Of a DNA stretch of 47,902 nucleotides, positions 1-9,920 are shown one piece after another (positions within the stretch are counted from its first letter, which is position 1; the number at the start of each line of letters is the position of its first letter). The stretch lies in NCBI GenBank assembly GCA_009930415.1, contig RZYG01000002.1:1-47902 (forward strand), given 5' to 3'. The DNA is from Spartobacteria bacterium. GTDB lineage: Bacteria; Verrucomicrobiota; Kiritimatiellia; CAIQIC01; Lenti-01. Made by a program: the position numbers and the translations under genes. The notes below the pieces were generated by a model, which saw only the letters and a list, made by a program, of their open reading frames with translations, was not told where the DNA came from and searched no databases.

Positions 1-2
1 AA

Positions 3-96
3 TGGCGGAGAGAGAGGGATTCGAACCCTCGGTACCGGTTATTACCAGTACGACGGTTTAGCAAACCGTTGCTTTCGGCCACTCAGCCATCTCTCC
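3..96 (-). tRNA. tRNA-Ser (anticodon GCT), long variable arm, CCA encoded
   Basis: Reverse complement folds as a cloverleaf. Acceptor GGAGAGA/TCTCTCC; anticodon stem ACGGT/ACCGT with loop TTGCTAA; 21-nt variable arm; T-arm GAGGG-TTCGAAT-CCCTC; discriminator G; CCA. Confidence 0.9.
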
Positions 97-176
97 GCAC
101 AGAGTGGACGATACCCTAGGCGATGCCTCCCGATTCCGCAAGCGCCTTTTTCCGTCTCCGCGGGCGGATTAACTCG

Positions 177-205
177 TTGCGAAGACCAACCCGCTTGGGT
201 AGAAT
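177..205 (+). promoter_or_regulatory. putative sigma70-type promoter of add
   Basis: TTGCGA at 177-182, 17-nt spacer, TAGAAT at 200-205. AGGAG at 236-240 precedes ATG 247. Confidence 0.35.
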
Positions 206-246
206 CCAGTACGAAATCAGGCATTTGTCCAAGGCAGGAGACCCCC

Positions 247-1473
247 ATGGCCACGAAAATCACCCGCGCATTCCTCGAAAAAATCCCCAAGACCGACTTG
301 CACCTCCATCTGGACGGTTCCCTCCGGCTCCCCACCCTGATCGAGCTGGCCAAGGCCGCCCAGGTGCCGTTGCCGTCCGAAACGGAAGCCGGCTTGCAGG
401 AACTGGTCTTCAAGGAAAAGTACCAGGATCTGCCGGACTATCTGCGCGGCTTCGGCCTGACCTGCGCCGTGCTCCAGAATCCCGAAAACCTCGAACGCGT
501 GGCCTACGAACTCGCCGTGGACAACATCGCCGAAAACGTCCGCTACATCGAAGTCCGCTACGCCCCGCAACTCCACGTGCGGCCCGGCTTCACCGTGGAG
601 GAAGTGATCGAATGCGTGCACCGCGGTCTCGCGCGCGCCCAGCAGGAACACAATTCCTCCCCTGCGGTCCGGGATGGCTCCGACATCCCCTTCCACTACG
701 GCATCATCACCTGCGCCATGCGGTTTTTCAATCGCCACATGTCGGCCTACTACGCCCAGCTCTTCGACGTGATGCCCCACGCGCCCGCCAAGGAAGTCAT
801 GTCCGTCGCTTCCCTCGAAATGGCGCGCTCCGCCGCTGCCCTGGCCCACCAGAAGGGCATTCCCGTCGTCGGCTTCGATCTGGCCGGCGCCGAAGCCGGT
901 TTCCCGGCCCTCGACCACAAGGAAGCCTACCAGTACGCCCATGTCCACTTCCTGAAAAAAACCGTCCATGCCGGCGAGGCGTACGGACCCGAATCCATCT
1001 TCCAGGCCATCACCGAATGCCATGCCGACCGCCTCGGCCACGGCACCTGGCTGTTCGCCGCTGACAAGATCAAGGATCCCGCCATCAAGGATCCGGACTA
1101 TTACGTGAAATGCCTCGTGGACTACGTCGCCACCCGGCGCATCACGCTTGAAGTCTGCCCCACGAGCAACCTGCAAACCATCCCCGCCATCGCGACCGTC
1201 GCCGACCATCCCCTGCGCAAGATGCTCGACGCCAACCTGTCCGTCTCCATCAACACGGACAACCGGCTGGTCTCCCGCACCAGCGTCACGCGCGAACTCG
1301 AGCTCGTGTGCAGCCATCTGCCGGTCACGCCCGCCAAGCTCCGCAACATCATCCTGGCCGGATTCAAGGGCTCGTTCTTCGGCCCCTACGGCGAAAAGCG
1401 CGCGCTCGTCCGCCAGGTCATCAACCGCTACGATGCGCTCGAAAAGCAATATCTGGGCACCGCGACCGCCTAG
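247..1473 (+). CDS. add: adenosine deaminase
   Basis: 408-aa ORF. Metal-binding signature KTDLHLHLDGSL near the N-terminus, later VHAGEAYGPES and SINTDN motifs typical of the adenosine deaminase fold. Has an RBS. Confidence 0.85.
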   Translation: MATKITRAFLEKIPKTDLHLHLDGSLRLPTLIELAKAAQVPLPSETEAGLQELVFKEKYQDLPDYLRGFGLTCAVLQNPENLERVAYELAVDNIAENVRYIEVRYAPQLHVRPGFTVEEVIECVHRGLARAQQEHNSSPAVRDGSDIPFHYGIITCAMRFFNRHMSAYYAQLFDVMPHAPAKEVMSVASLEMARSAAALAHQKGIPVVGFDLAGAEAGFPALDHKEAYQYAHVHFLKKTVHAGEAYGPESIFQAITECHADRLGHGTWLFAADKIKDPAIKDPDYYVKCLVDYVATRRITLEVCPTSNLQTIPAIATVADHPLRKMLDANLSVSINTDNRLVSRTSVTRELELVCSHLPVTPAKLRNIILAGFKGSFFGPYGEKRALVRQVINRYDALEKQYLGTATA

Positions 1474-2248
1474 GCGCGCCTCCCGGCGGCTCCGCTTGCC
1501 GGGCCTGTGCCTGCCGTTGCTGGTCTTGGCGCTGGCCGCCGGGTGCCAGGCCCTGTGGCCGGCATCGTCCGGTGCCTTGCGCATCGGCGTCGCGGAGGAT
1601 TCACCGCCGCTCTTCTTCCGACACGGGATCCACCTGTGCGGACTGGAGGCCGATCTGGGCCGTGAATTCGCGGATTTCCTCGGCCTGCCGCCGGCCTTCG
1701 TCGTCTTGCCCCCGGCGGAACTGGAGGCCGCCTTGCTCGCGGGCAAGGTGGACGTCCTCATGGGCGGCACGACGCTGACCGAGGCTCGCCGCGTCCAAAT
1801 GGACTTCGCGACGCCCTATCTGGTCGTCGGCCAGGCCGCGCTGATCCGCGCCGCCGATCTGCCCCGTTTCAATACCGCCATCAAGATCCGCTCCACCCGG
1901 GCGCGCGTGGGGACGGTCGCCGGCTCGGCCGGCGACGCCCATGTCGCCCGCTATTTTCCGCGAGCGACCCGCATGGCGTTTCCGGATCCGACGGCGGCGA
2001 CCGAAGCCCTCCGCGCCGGCCAGATCGACTTGCTGATCCACGACGGCCCCGCCGCGTGGTGGTTGTCCCTGCGCCATCGGCCCCAGCTGGCGCTGGCTCC
2101 GGCCTTGTTCGATCGCGCGGAACTCGCCTGGGCCTTTCGCCGCGGCAGCGTCGCGCTCCGCGAATCCGCCAACGAAGCGCTGGCCGCGTGGCAAAAAGAC
2201 GGCACGCTCGAATCCATCCTGAAGCGCTGGCTTCCGGTTTCGAAGTAG
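1433..2248 (+). CDS. family-3 solute-binding lipoprotein (polar amino-acid ABC-type substrate-binding protein)
   Basis: Frame of ORF 1148..2248. Signal peptide with lipobox LAAGC, then SBP_bac_3-like sequence (LRIGVAEDSPPLFF, GKVDVLMGGTTLTEARR, DFATPY). Start uncertain: ATG 1433 overlaps add; in-frame TTG 1496 is an alternative. Confidence 0.7.
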   Translation: MRSKSNIWAPRPPRRASRRLRLPGLCLPLLVLALAAGCQALWPASSGALRIGVAEDSPPLFFRHGIHLCGLEADLGREFADFLGLPPAFVVLPPAELEAALLAGKVDVLMGGTTLTEARRVQMDFATPYLVVGQAALIRAADLPRFNTAIKIRSTRARVGTVAGSAGDAHVARYFPRATRMAFPDPTAATEALRAGQIDLLIHDGPAAWWLSLRHRPQLALAPALFDRAELAWAFRRGSVALRESANEALAAWQKDGTLESILKRWLPVSK

Positions 2249-2267
2249 CCGCGGATCGGATCATCCC

Positions 2268-3479
2268 GTGGAGGCCTCCCTGCTCATCATCGGCGCCGGA
2301 CCGGCCGGACTGCTCGCGGCCTGGACCGCTGCCCGCCGGGGATTGCCGCGCGACGTCTGGGTCGTGGATCGCAGGCCGGTTCCCGGTGCCAAGCTGGCCG
2401 TCAGCGGCGGCGGCCGCGGCAACCTCAGTCACGCCGCCACGGAAGAAGAATTCGCGGCCGCCTTTGGACGCTTCGGGCGCTTCGCCGTCCCCGCTTTTCG
2501 CGCGCTTCCGCCGGATGCGCTTCGCCAACGGCTGGCGGAGATCGGCGTGCCGACCGTCGCGGATCCCGCCGGACGCATCTATCCCCGCTCCCAGTCCGCC
2601 GCTCAGGTGCGCGATGCGTTGTTGGCCGCGTGCACCCGCGCCGGCGTGCGCTTCGTTTTCGATCGCGCCGTCCAGAATCTGGCGCCCCCGGAATCGCCGG
2701 ACGCCCCCTGGACGGTCGATTCGTTCTCGGCCCGTTCCGTTGTATTGGCGGCCGGCGGCCAGTCCGCGCCTCATCTGGGCTCCGACGGCTCCGGCTTCGC
2801 CCTCGCCCGCTCCCTGGGCTACGAAATCGTTCCGCCCGTGCCCGCCTTGACCTCCCTGCGCACTGCGGAGACCTGGCCCGCCGCGCACAGCGGCCTTTCG
2901 CTGCCGGACGTGACGATCGCCATCGCCGGACAACGTCGCGTCGCCGAGCGCGGCGAACTGCTCTTCACCCATCGCGGCATTTCCGGTCCGGCCGTCCTCA
3001 ATTTCTCCGGCCGCGTCGCCCGCCGTCTGCGGGACGGCGAGTCCGTCCCGATCGAACTGGATCTCGCCCACGCCAAACTCGATTTCCACGCTCTTCGCCA
3101 AGAAGACGGCTCGCGCCCGATCCTCGCCTGGCTCGCCCGGATTTTGCCGCGCGCCCTCGCCGGCACGATCCTGGACTTGGCGGGCATCCCGGCTGATCTC
3201 ACCTTCTCCCGCCTCTCCGCCGCGCAGGAAACGGAACTGGCGCGCCATCTCGTCGCCTTGCCCTTGACCGTTCAAGGTACCGGCGGATTCAAGGACAGCA
3301 TGGCCACGGCCGGCGGCATTTCCCTCAAACAGGTGAAGCCCGACACCCTCGAAGGCCGCTTGACCCCGCGGCTGCATTTCGCCGGCGAAATCCTCGACCT
3401 CGACGGCCCCACCGGCGGCTGGAATCTCCACTGGGCCTTCTGCTCCGGATTCCTTGCCGGCACCGTCGCCGACGCTTGA
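2268..3479 (+). CDS. HI0933/YhiN/BaiN-like FAD-dependent oxidoreductase
   Basis: GTG start. Dinucleotide-binding motif LIIGAGPAGLLAA, then VSGGGRGNLSH and a C-terminal GGWNLHWAF segment typical of this flavoprotein family. Confidence 0.75.
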   Translation: MEASLLIIGAGPAGLLAAWTAARRGLPRDVWVVDRRPVPGAKLAVSGGGRGNLSHAATEEEFAAAFGRFGRFAVPAFRALPPDALRQRLAEIGVPTVADPAGRIYPRSQSAAQVRDALLAACTRAGVRFVFDRAVQNLAPPESPDAPWTVDSFSARSVVLAAGGQSAPHLGSDGSGFALARSLGYEIVPPVPALTSLRTAETWPAAHSGLSLPDVTIAIAGQRRVAERGELLFTHRGISGPAVLNFSGRVARRLRDGESVPIELDLAHAKLDFHALRQEDGSRPILAWLARILPRALAGTILDLAGIPADLTFSRLSAAQETELARHLVALPLTVQGTGGFKDSMATAGGISLKQVKPDTLEGRLTPRLHFAGEILDLDGPTGGWNLHWAFCSGFLAGTVADA

Positions 3480-3519
3480 TCCCGCACGCCTGTGCCGCGG
3501 TTCATAAGTGAAACGGATT

Positions 3520-4644
3520 TCAGGCCTTCGCCATCATTGCGCGGAAGCGGGCGAAAGCGGAGATGGCGTCGCGGGGGCCGGGAGCGGCTTCGGGGTGGTA
3601 TTGCAAGGAAAACGCGGGAACCTTCTTTGCTTCCAGGCCTTCGACGGTGCCGTCGTTGAGGCTGACGTGAGTGATTTCCGCCACGGCCGGATCGAGACTG
3701 TCGGCCGCGACCACGTAGTTGTGGTTCTGGGAAGTGATTTCGACCGTGCCCGCGCGCAGGTCCTTGACCGGGTGGTTGCAGCCGTGGTGGCCAAACTTGA
3801 GCCGGCAGGTCCGGCCACCGAGCGCGAGCCCCAGCAACTGGTGTCCGAGGCAAATGCCCATGATGGGCACCTTCCCCAGCAGGCCGCGGATGGTTTCGGC
3901 CGCGTACGGCAGGGCCGCGGGATCGGCTGGACCGTTGGAGAGCATCACGCCCGCCGGATTCAGCGCCAGCACGTCGGCGGCGGGGACATGGGCGTTGAGC
4001 ACCCGCACGCGGAAGCCTTCGCGCTCCAGCAGGCGCAGGGTGTTGAACTTGATGCCGCAGTCCAGCACGGCCACGAGCGGCGCATTCGCCAGCAGCTCGC
4101 CCGTCCAGTCGTAGGCGACCGGCGTGGACACCTTGGAGGCGTAGTCCTGCCCGTCGAGCCCTTCCCAGGCGCGCGCCTGGGCGACGGCTTCCTCCGGCGA
4201 AACAGCGCCCGTGGCGCACAAATAGGCCTTCTGCGTGCCGCCCTCGCGCAACCGGAGGGTCAAGGCGCGCGTGTCGATGCCCGCCAGCGCGGGCACCTGC
4301 CAGCGGTTCAGCGCCGCTTCGAGGGTTTCTTCCGACCGCCAGTTGGAGGGCGGATTCCATTCGCGCACGATCAGACCGGACGCATGGATGGCCGCGGACT
4401 CGTGGTCTTCGCGGTTGAAGCCCGTATTGCCGATTTCCGGCATGGTCAGGGTGACGAGCTGCCCGGCGTAGGACGGATCGGTCAGGATTTCCTCGTAGCC
4501 GGTCATGCCGGTGTTGAAGACGACTTCGCCGAGGCGGTCGACGGCCGCGCCGCACGACCAGCCCCGGATCACGGTGCCGTCCGCCAGCGCCAGGAAGGCT
4601 TTCTTCTCCCGCCGCGCGGCCCAGTTGCGCGAAAAACCGCTCAT
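3520..4644 (-). CDS. carA: carbamoyl-phosphate synthase small (glutaminase) subunit
   Basis: Last 374 codons of ORF 3520..7227, starting MSGFSRNW. CPSase small-subunit N-domain ([21 protein letters not shown]) and class-I amidotransferase motif GICLGHQLL. Its ATG overlaps the carB stop (ATGA at 4641-4644). Confidence 0.9.
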   Translation of the reverse strand: MSGFSRNWAARREKKAFLALADGTVIRGWSCGAAVDRLGEVVFNTGMTGYEEILTDPSYAGQLVTLTMPEIGNTGFNREDHESAAIHASGLIVREWNPPSNWRSEETLEAALNRWQVPALAGIDTRALTLRLREGGTQKAYLCATGAVSPEEAVAQARAWEGLDGQDYASKVSTPVAYDWTGELLANAPLVAVLDCGIKFNTLRLLEREGFRVRVLNAHVPAADVLALNPAGVMLSNGPADPAALPYAAETIRGLLGKVPIMGICLGHQLLGLALGGRTCRLKFGHHGCNHPVKDLRAGTVEITSQNHNYVVAADSLDPAVAEITHVSLNDGTVEGLEAKKVPAFSLQYHPEAAPGPRDAISAFARFRAMMAKA

Positions 4645-7600
4645 GATTTCCGGTTCCCCTTCCGGACCGTGGCCCGGTTGTATTCCTGCAGCGACAGCAC
4701 CTCGAATTCCTTGTGGCGGCGCAGGGTTTTCAAGCCGTCGAGGGCGGCGCGCAGGCCGCGGATGGTCGTCGTCATCGGCACGCCCCGGCGCACGGCTTCG
4801 GTGCGCATCTTGACTTCGTCGAGCTGCGGCTGGCAGCCGGAGGGCACGTTGACGATCCAGCCCACGGCGCCGTCGAGCATCAGGTCCACCACGTGCGGCC
4901 GGCCTTCGGAAATCGCGAACGCGGCGCGGGCGGGCACGCCCGACTCGCGCAGCAAGGTGGCCGTGCCGCACGTCGCCCAGATGCCATAGCCCATCGCGAC
5001 GAGTTCCTTGGCGCATTTCACCATTTCCACGCGGTCGGAGGGCCGCTCGCCGGAAACGCTGACGAACACCCCGCCCTCGCCCGGCAGCGGATTTCCCGCC
5101 GCCTGCTGGCTCTTTACGAACGCCATGCCCGGATCGGGGTCCATGCCCATGACTTCGCCGGTGGATTTCATTTCCGGCGTGAGGCGCACGTCGCAGCCCG
5201 GGAACCGCGCGAACGGCAAGACGGCTTCCTTGACCGCCACGTGGCGCAGGACGACTTCCTGCGTGAACCCGATTTTCTTCAGGCTTTCCCCGGCCATGAC
5301 GCGCGCGGCGTAGCCCGCCAGCGGCACGCCGGTGGCCTTGCTGACGAACGGCACGGTCCGCGAGGCGCGCGGATTGACTTCGAGGATGTAGACCTCGCCG
5401 TCCTGCACGGCGTACTGCACGTTCATCAGGCCGCGCACGTTCAGCCCGCGCGCCAAGGCCCGCGTGTGTTCGCGGATGCGCTCGACCACGGCGGGATCGA
5501 GCCCCTGCGGCGGAATCGCGCAGGCGCTGTCGCCGCTGTGGATGCCCGCCTTTTCGATGTGTTCCATCACGGCGCCGATCACTTCGATGTCGCCGTCGGC
5601 GATGCAGTCGACGTCCACTTCGACGGCGTCTTCGAGGAACTTGTCGATGAGGACGGGGCGGCCTTCCGACGCCGCGAAGGCCTCGGCGCAGAACTTCTCG
5701 AAAAACGGCTCCGTGTAGACGATGGCCATGGCCCGGCCGCCCAGCACGAACGACGGCCGCACCAGCACCGGGAATCCCACGCGCCGCGCGATGGCCAGCG
5801 CGCCGTCGAGATCCGTCGCCGTGCCGTTGGCCGGCTGCTTCACGCCGACCTGGTCGGCCAACTGCTTGAAGAATTCGCGGTCTTCGGCCTTTTCGATGTC
5901 TTCGGGGCTCGTGCCGATGACGTTCACGCCGGCGGCTTGCAGATCCAGCGCGAGGTTCAGGGGCGTCTGCCCGCCGAACTGCACGATGGCGCCGTCGCAC
6001 CGCTCGCGGCGATAGACTTCCAGCACGTCTTCCAGCGTCACGGGCTCGAAGTAGAGCCGGTCGCTGGTGTCGTAGTCCGTCGAAACCGTCTCGGGATTGC
6101 TGTTGACCATGACGGTCTCGAAGCCGGCCGCCCGCAGGGCCTGGCAGGCATGCACGCAGCAGTAGTCGAATTCGATCCCCTGCCCGATCCGGTTGGGCCC
6201 GCCGCCGAGGATCATGATCTTCTTCTTGGCCGCCGCCGGCAGCGGCGCTTCGGCCTCGTCGCCGTAGGCCGAATAGAAATACGGCGTGGCGGCGGCGAAT
6301 TCCGCGGCGCAGGTGTCCACGACGCCGTAGGCCGGATGCAGGCCGATCCGGTCCCGCGCCGCGCGGACGTCGCCCTCCGCCGCGCCCAGCAGCGCGGCGA
6401 GCTGCTTGTCCGAAAATCCGAATTCCTTGGCCTGCGCGAAAAGCGCCCGGTCGGCTTCCAGGCCGGCCAAGGTCTTGGCCGAAGCGATTTCGGCCTCGAA
6501 CGCGACGATTTCGGCGATCTGCCGCAGGAACCACGCATCCACGCCCGACAGCTGCGCGACGCGGTCGATTGCCCAACCGCGCGCGAGGGCTTCGCGCAGA
6601 TGGAAGAGTCGCAACGGGCTGGGCCGCGCCACGGCCTTCTCCAGCTCCGCGTCCGTCCAGCTGCCCTCGGCGTCCGCGCGGCCCACGAGGCCCGCGCGGC
6701 CGATTTCCAGCGAGCGCAGAGCCTTCTGCAGCGCCTGCTTGAAATTGCGGCCGATGGCCATCGTCTCGCCCACCGACTTCATCTGCGTCGTCAGCGTGTC
6801 GTCCGCGCCCGAGAATTTCTCGAAGGCGAAGCGCGGGGCCTTCACGACGATATAATCCAGCGACGGCTCGAAGCAGGCCGGCGTCGAGCGCGTGATGTCG
6901 TTGGGCAGCTCGTCGAGCGTGTAGCCGATCGCCAGCTTGGCGGCGATCTTCGCGATGGGAAAGCCGGTGGCCTTCGACGCCAGCGCGGAGCTGCGGCTGA
7001 CGCGCGGATTCATTTCGATGACGACGAGGCGGCCGTCGCGCGGATTCACCGCGAACTGCACGTTGGCGCCGCCGGTTTCCACGCCAATGGCGCGCATGAC
7101 GGCTAGGCTCGCGTCGCGCAGCGCCTGGTATTCGCGGTCCGTCAACGTTTGCGCCGGCGCGACGGTGAGGCTGTCGCCCGTGTGCACGCCCATGGGATCG
7201 AGGTTTTCGATGGAGCAGACGATGCACGCGTTGTCCTTGCGGTCGCGCATGACCTCCATCTCGAATTCCTTCCAGCCGAGCACCGATTCCTCGATCAGCA
7301 CTTCGCTGACCGGGCTAAGCGCGAGCCCGTTGGCGCAGATGGCCTCGAACTCCGCCGCGCTGCGCGCGATGCCCCCGCCCGCGCCGCCGAGCGTGAAGCC
7401 GGGGCGGAGGATGACCGGCCACGCGCCGATTTCCGCCTGCACCTGCCGGGCCTCTTCGATCGTGTGGGCCGAGCCCGAGCGCGGCACGGCCAAGCCGATT
7501 TCGGCCATGGCCTTCTTGAAGAGCCCGCGGTCTTCCGCGCGGCGGATCACGTCGGCCGTGGCGCCGATGAGCTCGACCTGGTAGCGCTTCAGGACGCCGC

Positions 7601-7913
7601 TCTCCTCCAGCTTCACGGCCAGATTCAGCGCCGTTTGGCCACCCATGGTGGGCAGCAGCGCGTCGGGGCGTTCGCGGCGGATGATGGCGGTCAGGGCTTC
7701 TTCGGTGAGCGGCTCGACGTAGGTCCGGTCGGCGAAACCGGGATCAGTCATGATGGTGGCCGGGTTGCTGTTGACCAGCACGACCTCGTAGCCTTCCTCG
7801 CGCAGGGCCTTGCAGGCCTGGGCGCCGGAATAGTCGAACTCGCAGGCCTGCCCGATGACAATGGGGCCGGCCCCGATCAGCAGAATCTTCGAAATGTCGT
7901 CGCGCCGCGGCAT
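4641..7913 (-). CDS. carB: carbamoyl-phosphate synthase large subunit
   Basis: Duplicated ATP-grasp halves ([21 protein letters not shown] and [21 protein letters not shown]) and an MGS-like C-terminal domain. Start taken at MPRRDD (7913); ATG 7919 is also possible. Confidence 0.95.
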   Translation of the reverse strand: MPRRDDISKILLIGAGPIVIGQACEFDYSGAQACKALREEGYEVVLVNSNPATIMTDPGFADRTYVEPLTEEALTAIIRRERPDALLPTMGGQTALNLAVKLEESGVLKRYQVELIGATADVIRRAEDRGLFKKAMAEIGLAVPRSGSAHTIEEARQVQAEIGAWPVILRPGFTLGGAGGGIARSAAEFEAICANGLALSPVSEVLIEESVLGWKEFEMEVMRDRKDNACIVCSIENLDPMGVHTGDSLTVAPAQTLTDREYQALRDASLAVMRAIGVETGGANVQFAVNPRDGRLVVIEMNPRVSRSSALASKATGFPIAKIAAKLAIGYTLDELPNDITRSTPACFEPSLDYIVVKAPRFAFEKFSGADDTLTTQMKSVGETMAIGRNFKQALQKALRSLEIGRAGLVGRADAEGSWTDAELEKAVARPSPLRLFHLREALARGWAIDRVAQLSGVDAWFLRQIAEIVAFEAEIASAKTLAGLEADRALFAQAKEFGFSDKQLAALLGAAEGDVRAARDRIGLHPAYGVVDTCAAEFAAATPYFYSAYGDEAEAPLPAAAKKKIMILGGGPNRIGQGIEFDYCCVHACQALRAAGFETVMVNSNPETVSTDYDTSDRLYFEPVTLEDVLEVYRRERCDGAIVQFGGQTPLNLALDLQAAGVNVIGTSPEDIEKAEDREFFKQLADQVGVKQPANGTATDLDGALAIARRVGFPVLVRPSFVLGGRAMAIVYTEPFFEKFCAEAFAASEGRPVLIDKFLEDAVEVDVDCIADGDIEVIGAVMEHIEKAGIHSGDSACAIPPQGLDPAVVERIREHTRALARGLNVRGLMNVQYAVQDGEVYILEVNPRASRTVPFVSKATGVPLAGYAARVMAGESLKKIGFTQEVVLRHVAVKEAVLPFARFPGCDVRLTPEMKSTGEVMGMDPDPGMAFVKSQQAAGNPLPGEGGVFVSVSGERPSDRVEMVKCAKELVAMGYGIWATCGTATLLRESGVPARAAFAISEGRPHVVDLMLDGAVGWIVNVPSGCQPQLDEVKMRTEAVRRGVPMTTTIRGLRAALDGLKTLRRHKEFEVLSLQEYNRATVRKGNRKS

Positions 7914-8000
7914 GTGCAATCCTTGCTAAAGCGTTTTACTCACTAAACCACGTCCCGCCGGTCTTGGCAACAGAATGATGCGCCCCCCCGTCTGGACCGA

Positions 8001-9317
8001 TCAGAAGTCGGTGACGACGCGGACGATGAACTCCGCGGCTTCGACCAGCAACGCCCGGTCCACGAGGTCCACGGTGTCGCGCGGCGTGTGGGACAGCGCC
8101 ATGACGGACTCGCGCAAGGTCGAAGAAGTCAGCGCCAGACATGGCACGCCGCGGAACACGAAAATGGAATGGTCGCTCTCCACCCATTCCGGACCACGCT
8201 CCATCAGCGAATACTGGGCTATTTCCCCATCCAGCCACGCCAACCGCTCGTCGTCCAGATGGTAGGTGGACACGGCGGTCTTGGAGCCTTTGGCGCCGGC
8301 CGCATCGACGTTGATGCCCAGTTTGACCCGGCCCACTTCTTTTCCGTAGCGTTCCAGATAGGCCAGTTGCCCCTTCACCATCGGGGAATCCTCACCGTTG
8401 AACGGGATGAATTCCAGATCGTAGGGCCCAGCATAGTCCTGCAACCGTCCCATGGCCGCCAACAGGATCGCCACGCCGGCCGCGTTGTCCAAGGCGCCGG
8501 GCGTGCCATAGGCCGTATCCATGTGCGCGAAAATCAGGATTTTTCCCTTCGATGCCCCGGCCGCCTTCTTGCGGATGACCAGTTGTTCGCCCGTTTCCGG
8601 GAAGGTCTTCGAATCGATCCGCAGCCGGATCCGGCCTTTTTGCGCCAGCATTCGCTCCAACGCGGCGGCGTCCATATAGGCGGATGGAATCCGGAAATTC
8701 GCGTCGTCGATGAGCGGATACGGCTCCAGTCCGCACGCCGGATGCTTGGCGGTCACCGCCACGACCGCCGCCGGCTGCCGTTCGTCCAGCAGCGCATAGA
8801 TTTCGCGGTGCGCATCAGGAAAATAGAACGGAAAATCCAGCGGCATCAGCGGTTCCTTTGCGATTTCGCCGCGCAGGAACACGATTTTCCCTTTGCAATT
8901 CGTTCGTTTGAGCTGCTGGGTCGTGGAGACCATGACCCCATCGAGCCACTGGTCGATGGCCGGCGAAAACGGCCCCGCGAACACTTCCAGCTGCTCCGCC
9001 CCGCGAAAAATGGCGGACGGCCCTTTTTCCCACCGGACGCACTTGAACGGCAGCCGTTCCACCTCGTAGCCCAGCCGTTCCCCTTCCCTGGCCAGGAACT
9101 CCGTCGCTTGCCGATTCGCCTCCGTTCCCAGCGGGCGCTCCCCGAATTCGAAGATGCCGGCCAGAGCCATCGCGTTCATGATCAACAGGATCGCAAAGAT
9201 GCGCACGGCATGCCATTCCGCGCCGGCACCCGGCGATCGAAACTCCAATTTCCTGCCGTTCAACATGGCGCGAAGATAAGCCATTTCACGGCGATTGAAA
9301 AGCATGCCTTCGCGCAA
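8001..9317 (-). CDS. M28-family metallo-aminopeptidase with N-terminal membrane anchor
   Basis: Hydrophobic segment VRIFAILLIMNAMALAGIF. Metal-ligand motifs FAHMDTAYGTPGALDNAAGVA and FNGEDSPMV. The true start may be an internal Met. Confidence 0.7.
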   Translation of the reverse strand: MREGMLFNRREMAYLRAMLNGRKLEFRSPGAGAEWHAVRIFAILLIMNAMALAGIFEFGERPLGTEANRQATEFLAREGERLGYEVERLPFKCVRWEKGPSAIFRGAEQLEVFAGPFSPAIDQWLDGVMVSTTQQLKRTNCKGKIVFLRGEIAKEPLMPLDFPFYFPDAHREIYALLDERQPAAVVAVTAKHPACGLEPYPLIDDANFRIPSAYMDAAALERMLAQKGRIRLRIDSKTFPETGEQLVIRKKAAGASKGKILIFAHMDTAYGTPGALDNAAGVAILLAAMGRLQDYAGPYDLEFIPFNGEDSPMVKGQLAYLERYGKEVGRVKLGINVDAAGAKGSKTAVSTYHLDDERLAWLDGEIAQYSLMERGPEWVESDHSIFVFRGVPCLALTSSTLRESVMALSHTPRDTVDLVDRALLVEAAEFIVRVVTDF

Positions 9318-9347
9318 TTCCCAATAAGCATCGAATCGCCGCGGAAA

Positions 9348-9593
9348 TCAGATGAACCGTTTGTGCCAGAAGGCATGGCCGGAACCGGACTTGAAGTAAC
9401 GCTCCAGCCCAAGTGCCGTTGGCCGTTCCCGGACGGCCACAAAGGCCAGCAAATTCCAAGGCGCGTAGCGGGCCGTTGAAGGTACGCGTTGCTGGTTGTG
9501 GACGGCCAGGCGCTGGTGGGGGTCCAGCTCGGTGAACCCAACGTAGGTTTTGTCGGGCCGCAACTGGCTGCGGAGAAAATACACGTGATACAT
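9348..9593 (-). CDS. GIY-YIG nuclease-superfamily small protein (UPF0213/YhbQ-like)
   Basis: 81 aa. YHVYFLRS...KTYVGFT core followed by conserved R/H/N positions of the GIY-YIG fold. Confidence 0.75.
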   Translation of the reverse strand: MYHVYFLRSQLRPDKTYVGFTELDPHQRLAVHNQQRVPSTARYAPWNLLAFVAVRERPTALGLERYFKSGSGHAFWHKRFI

Positions 9594-9683
9594 GCTGCCC
9601 TCCTGCGCGCGGTGCCTCCGGCTTGCGCTGCGGAGGGCATTCTTCGCGCGCCTTCATCCTAGATGGCCTGCCATTCGAAGCAC

Positions 9684-9714
9684 AAGGCCTGGTTCCGAAA
9701 AGGAACCAGGCCTT
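9684..9714 (-). terminator. 13-bp perfect hairpin just beyond the displaced tRNA-Met 3' fragment (probable native tRNA terminator)
   Basis: AAGGCCTGGTTCC-GAAAA-GGAACCAGGCCTT. It lies 10 nt downstream (minus sense) of the orphan tRNA 3' end. No clear U-tract. Confidence 0.4.
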
Positions 9715-9719
9715 GCGCG

Positions 9720-9773
9720 AAGAATGGTAGCGGGGCTTGGATTTGAACCAAGGACCTTCAGGTTATGAGCCTG
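9720..9773 (-). repeat. attL: orphan 3' portion of tRNA-Met (54-bp direct repeat)
   Basis: Identical to 21740-21793 (AGAATGGTAGCGGGGCTTGGATTTGAACCAAGGACCTTCAGGTTATGAGCCTGA). Identity stops at 9774/21794 and at 9719/21739. Confidence 0.9.
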
Positions 9774-9828
9774 AACGGAAGCGTTCATTTCTTCTGATTT
9801 ACTGGGGATTTCTTATTTTTCCTGTGCC

Positions 9829-9852
9829 TGTGTGGGTGAATGTGTGGGGTTT
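9829..9852 (+). promoter_or_regulatory. TGTGTGGG(G/T) repeats (candidate arm-type integrase sites, left arm)
   Basis: TGTGTGGGT at 9829-9837 and TGTGTGGGG at 9841-9849. The 23-bp block GTGTGGGTGAATGTGTGGGGTTT (9830-9852) recurs at 21626-21648. Confidence 0.45.
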
Positions 9853-9920
9853 TTTCTTGCGCTTTGTTTCCATCCGGTGCATTGTTTTTCCAGATGATAA
9901 GGAATTGAAAGGGTAAGTCA

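Noticed and set aside
217-1770. 517-aa minus-strand ORF overlapping add; similar long antisense or alternate-frame ORFs occur at 1881-3431, 3508-4989, 4713-7106, 24213-27191, 29740-32547, 39678-42464, 44416-45708 and 46039-47523
   Set aside because: Their translations are R/G/P/A-rich low-complexity sequence with no recognisable motifs. Each is fully overlapped by a gene with strong family signatures on the other strand or frame. Long spurious ORFs of this kind are expected in GC-rich DNA.
3520-7227. 1235-aa minus-strand ORF suggesting a giant fusion protein
   Set aside because: Only the last 374 codons (from ATG 4644) are carA. The upstream part is an out-of-frame read through carB, with arginine-rich nonsense translation.
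9724-9773. Possible second tRNA gene or tRNA pseudogene
   Set aside because: It is only the 3' portion (from position 28) of tRNA-Met, identical to the intact gene at 21744-21820. The best explanation is the displaced attL half-site left by integration.
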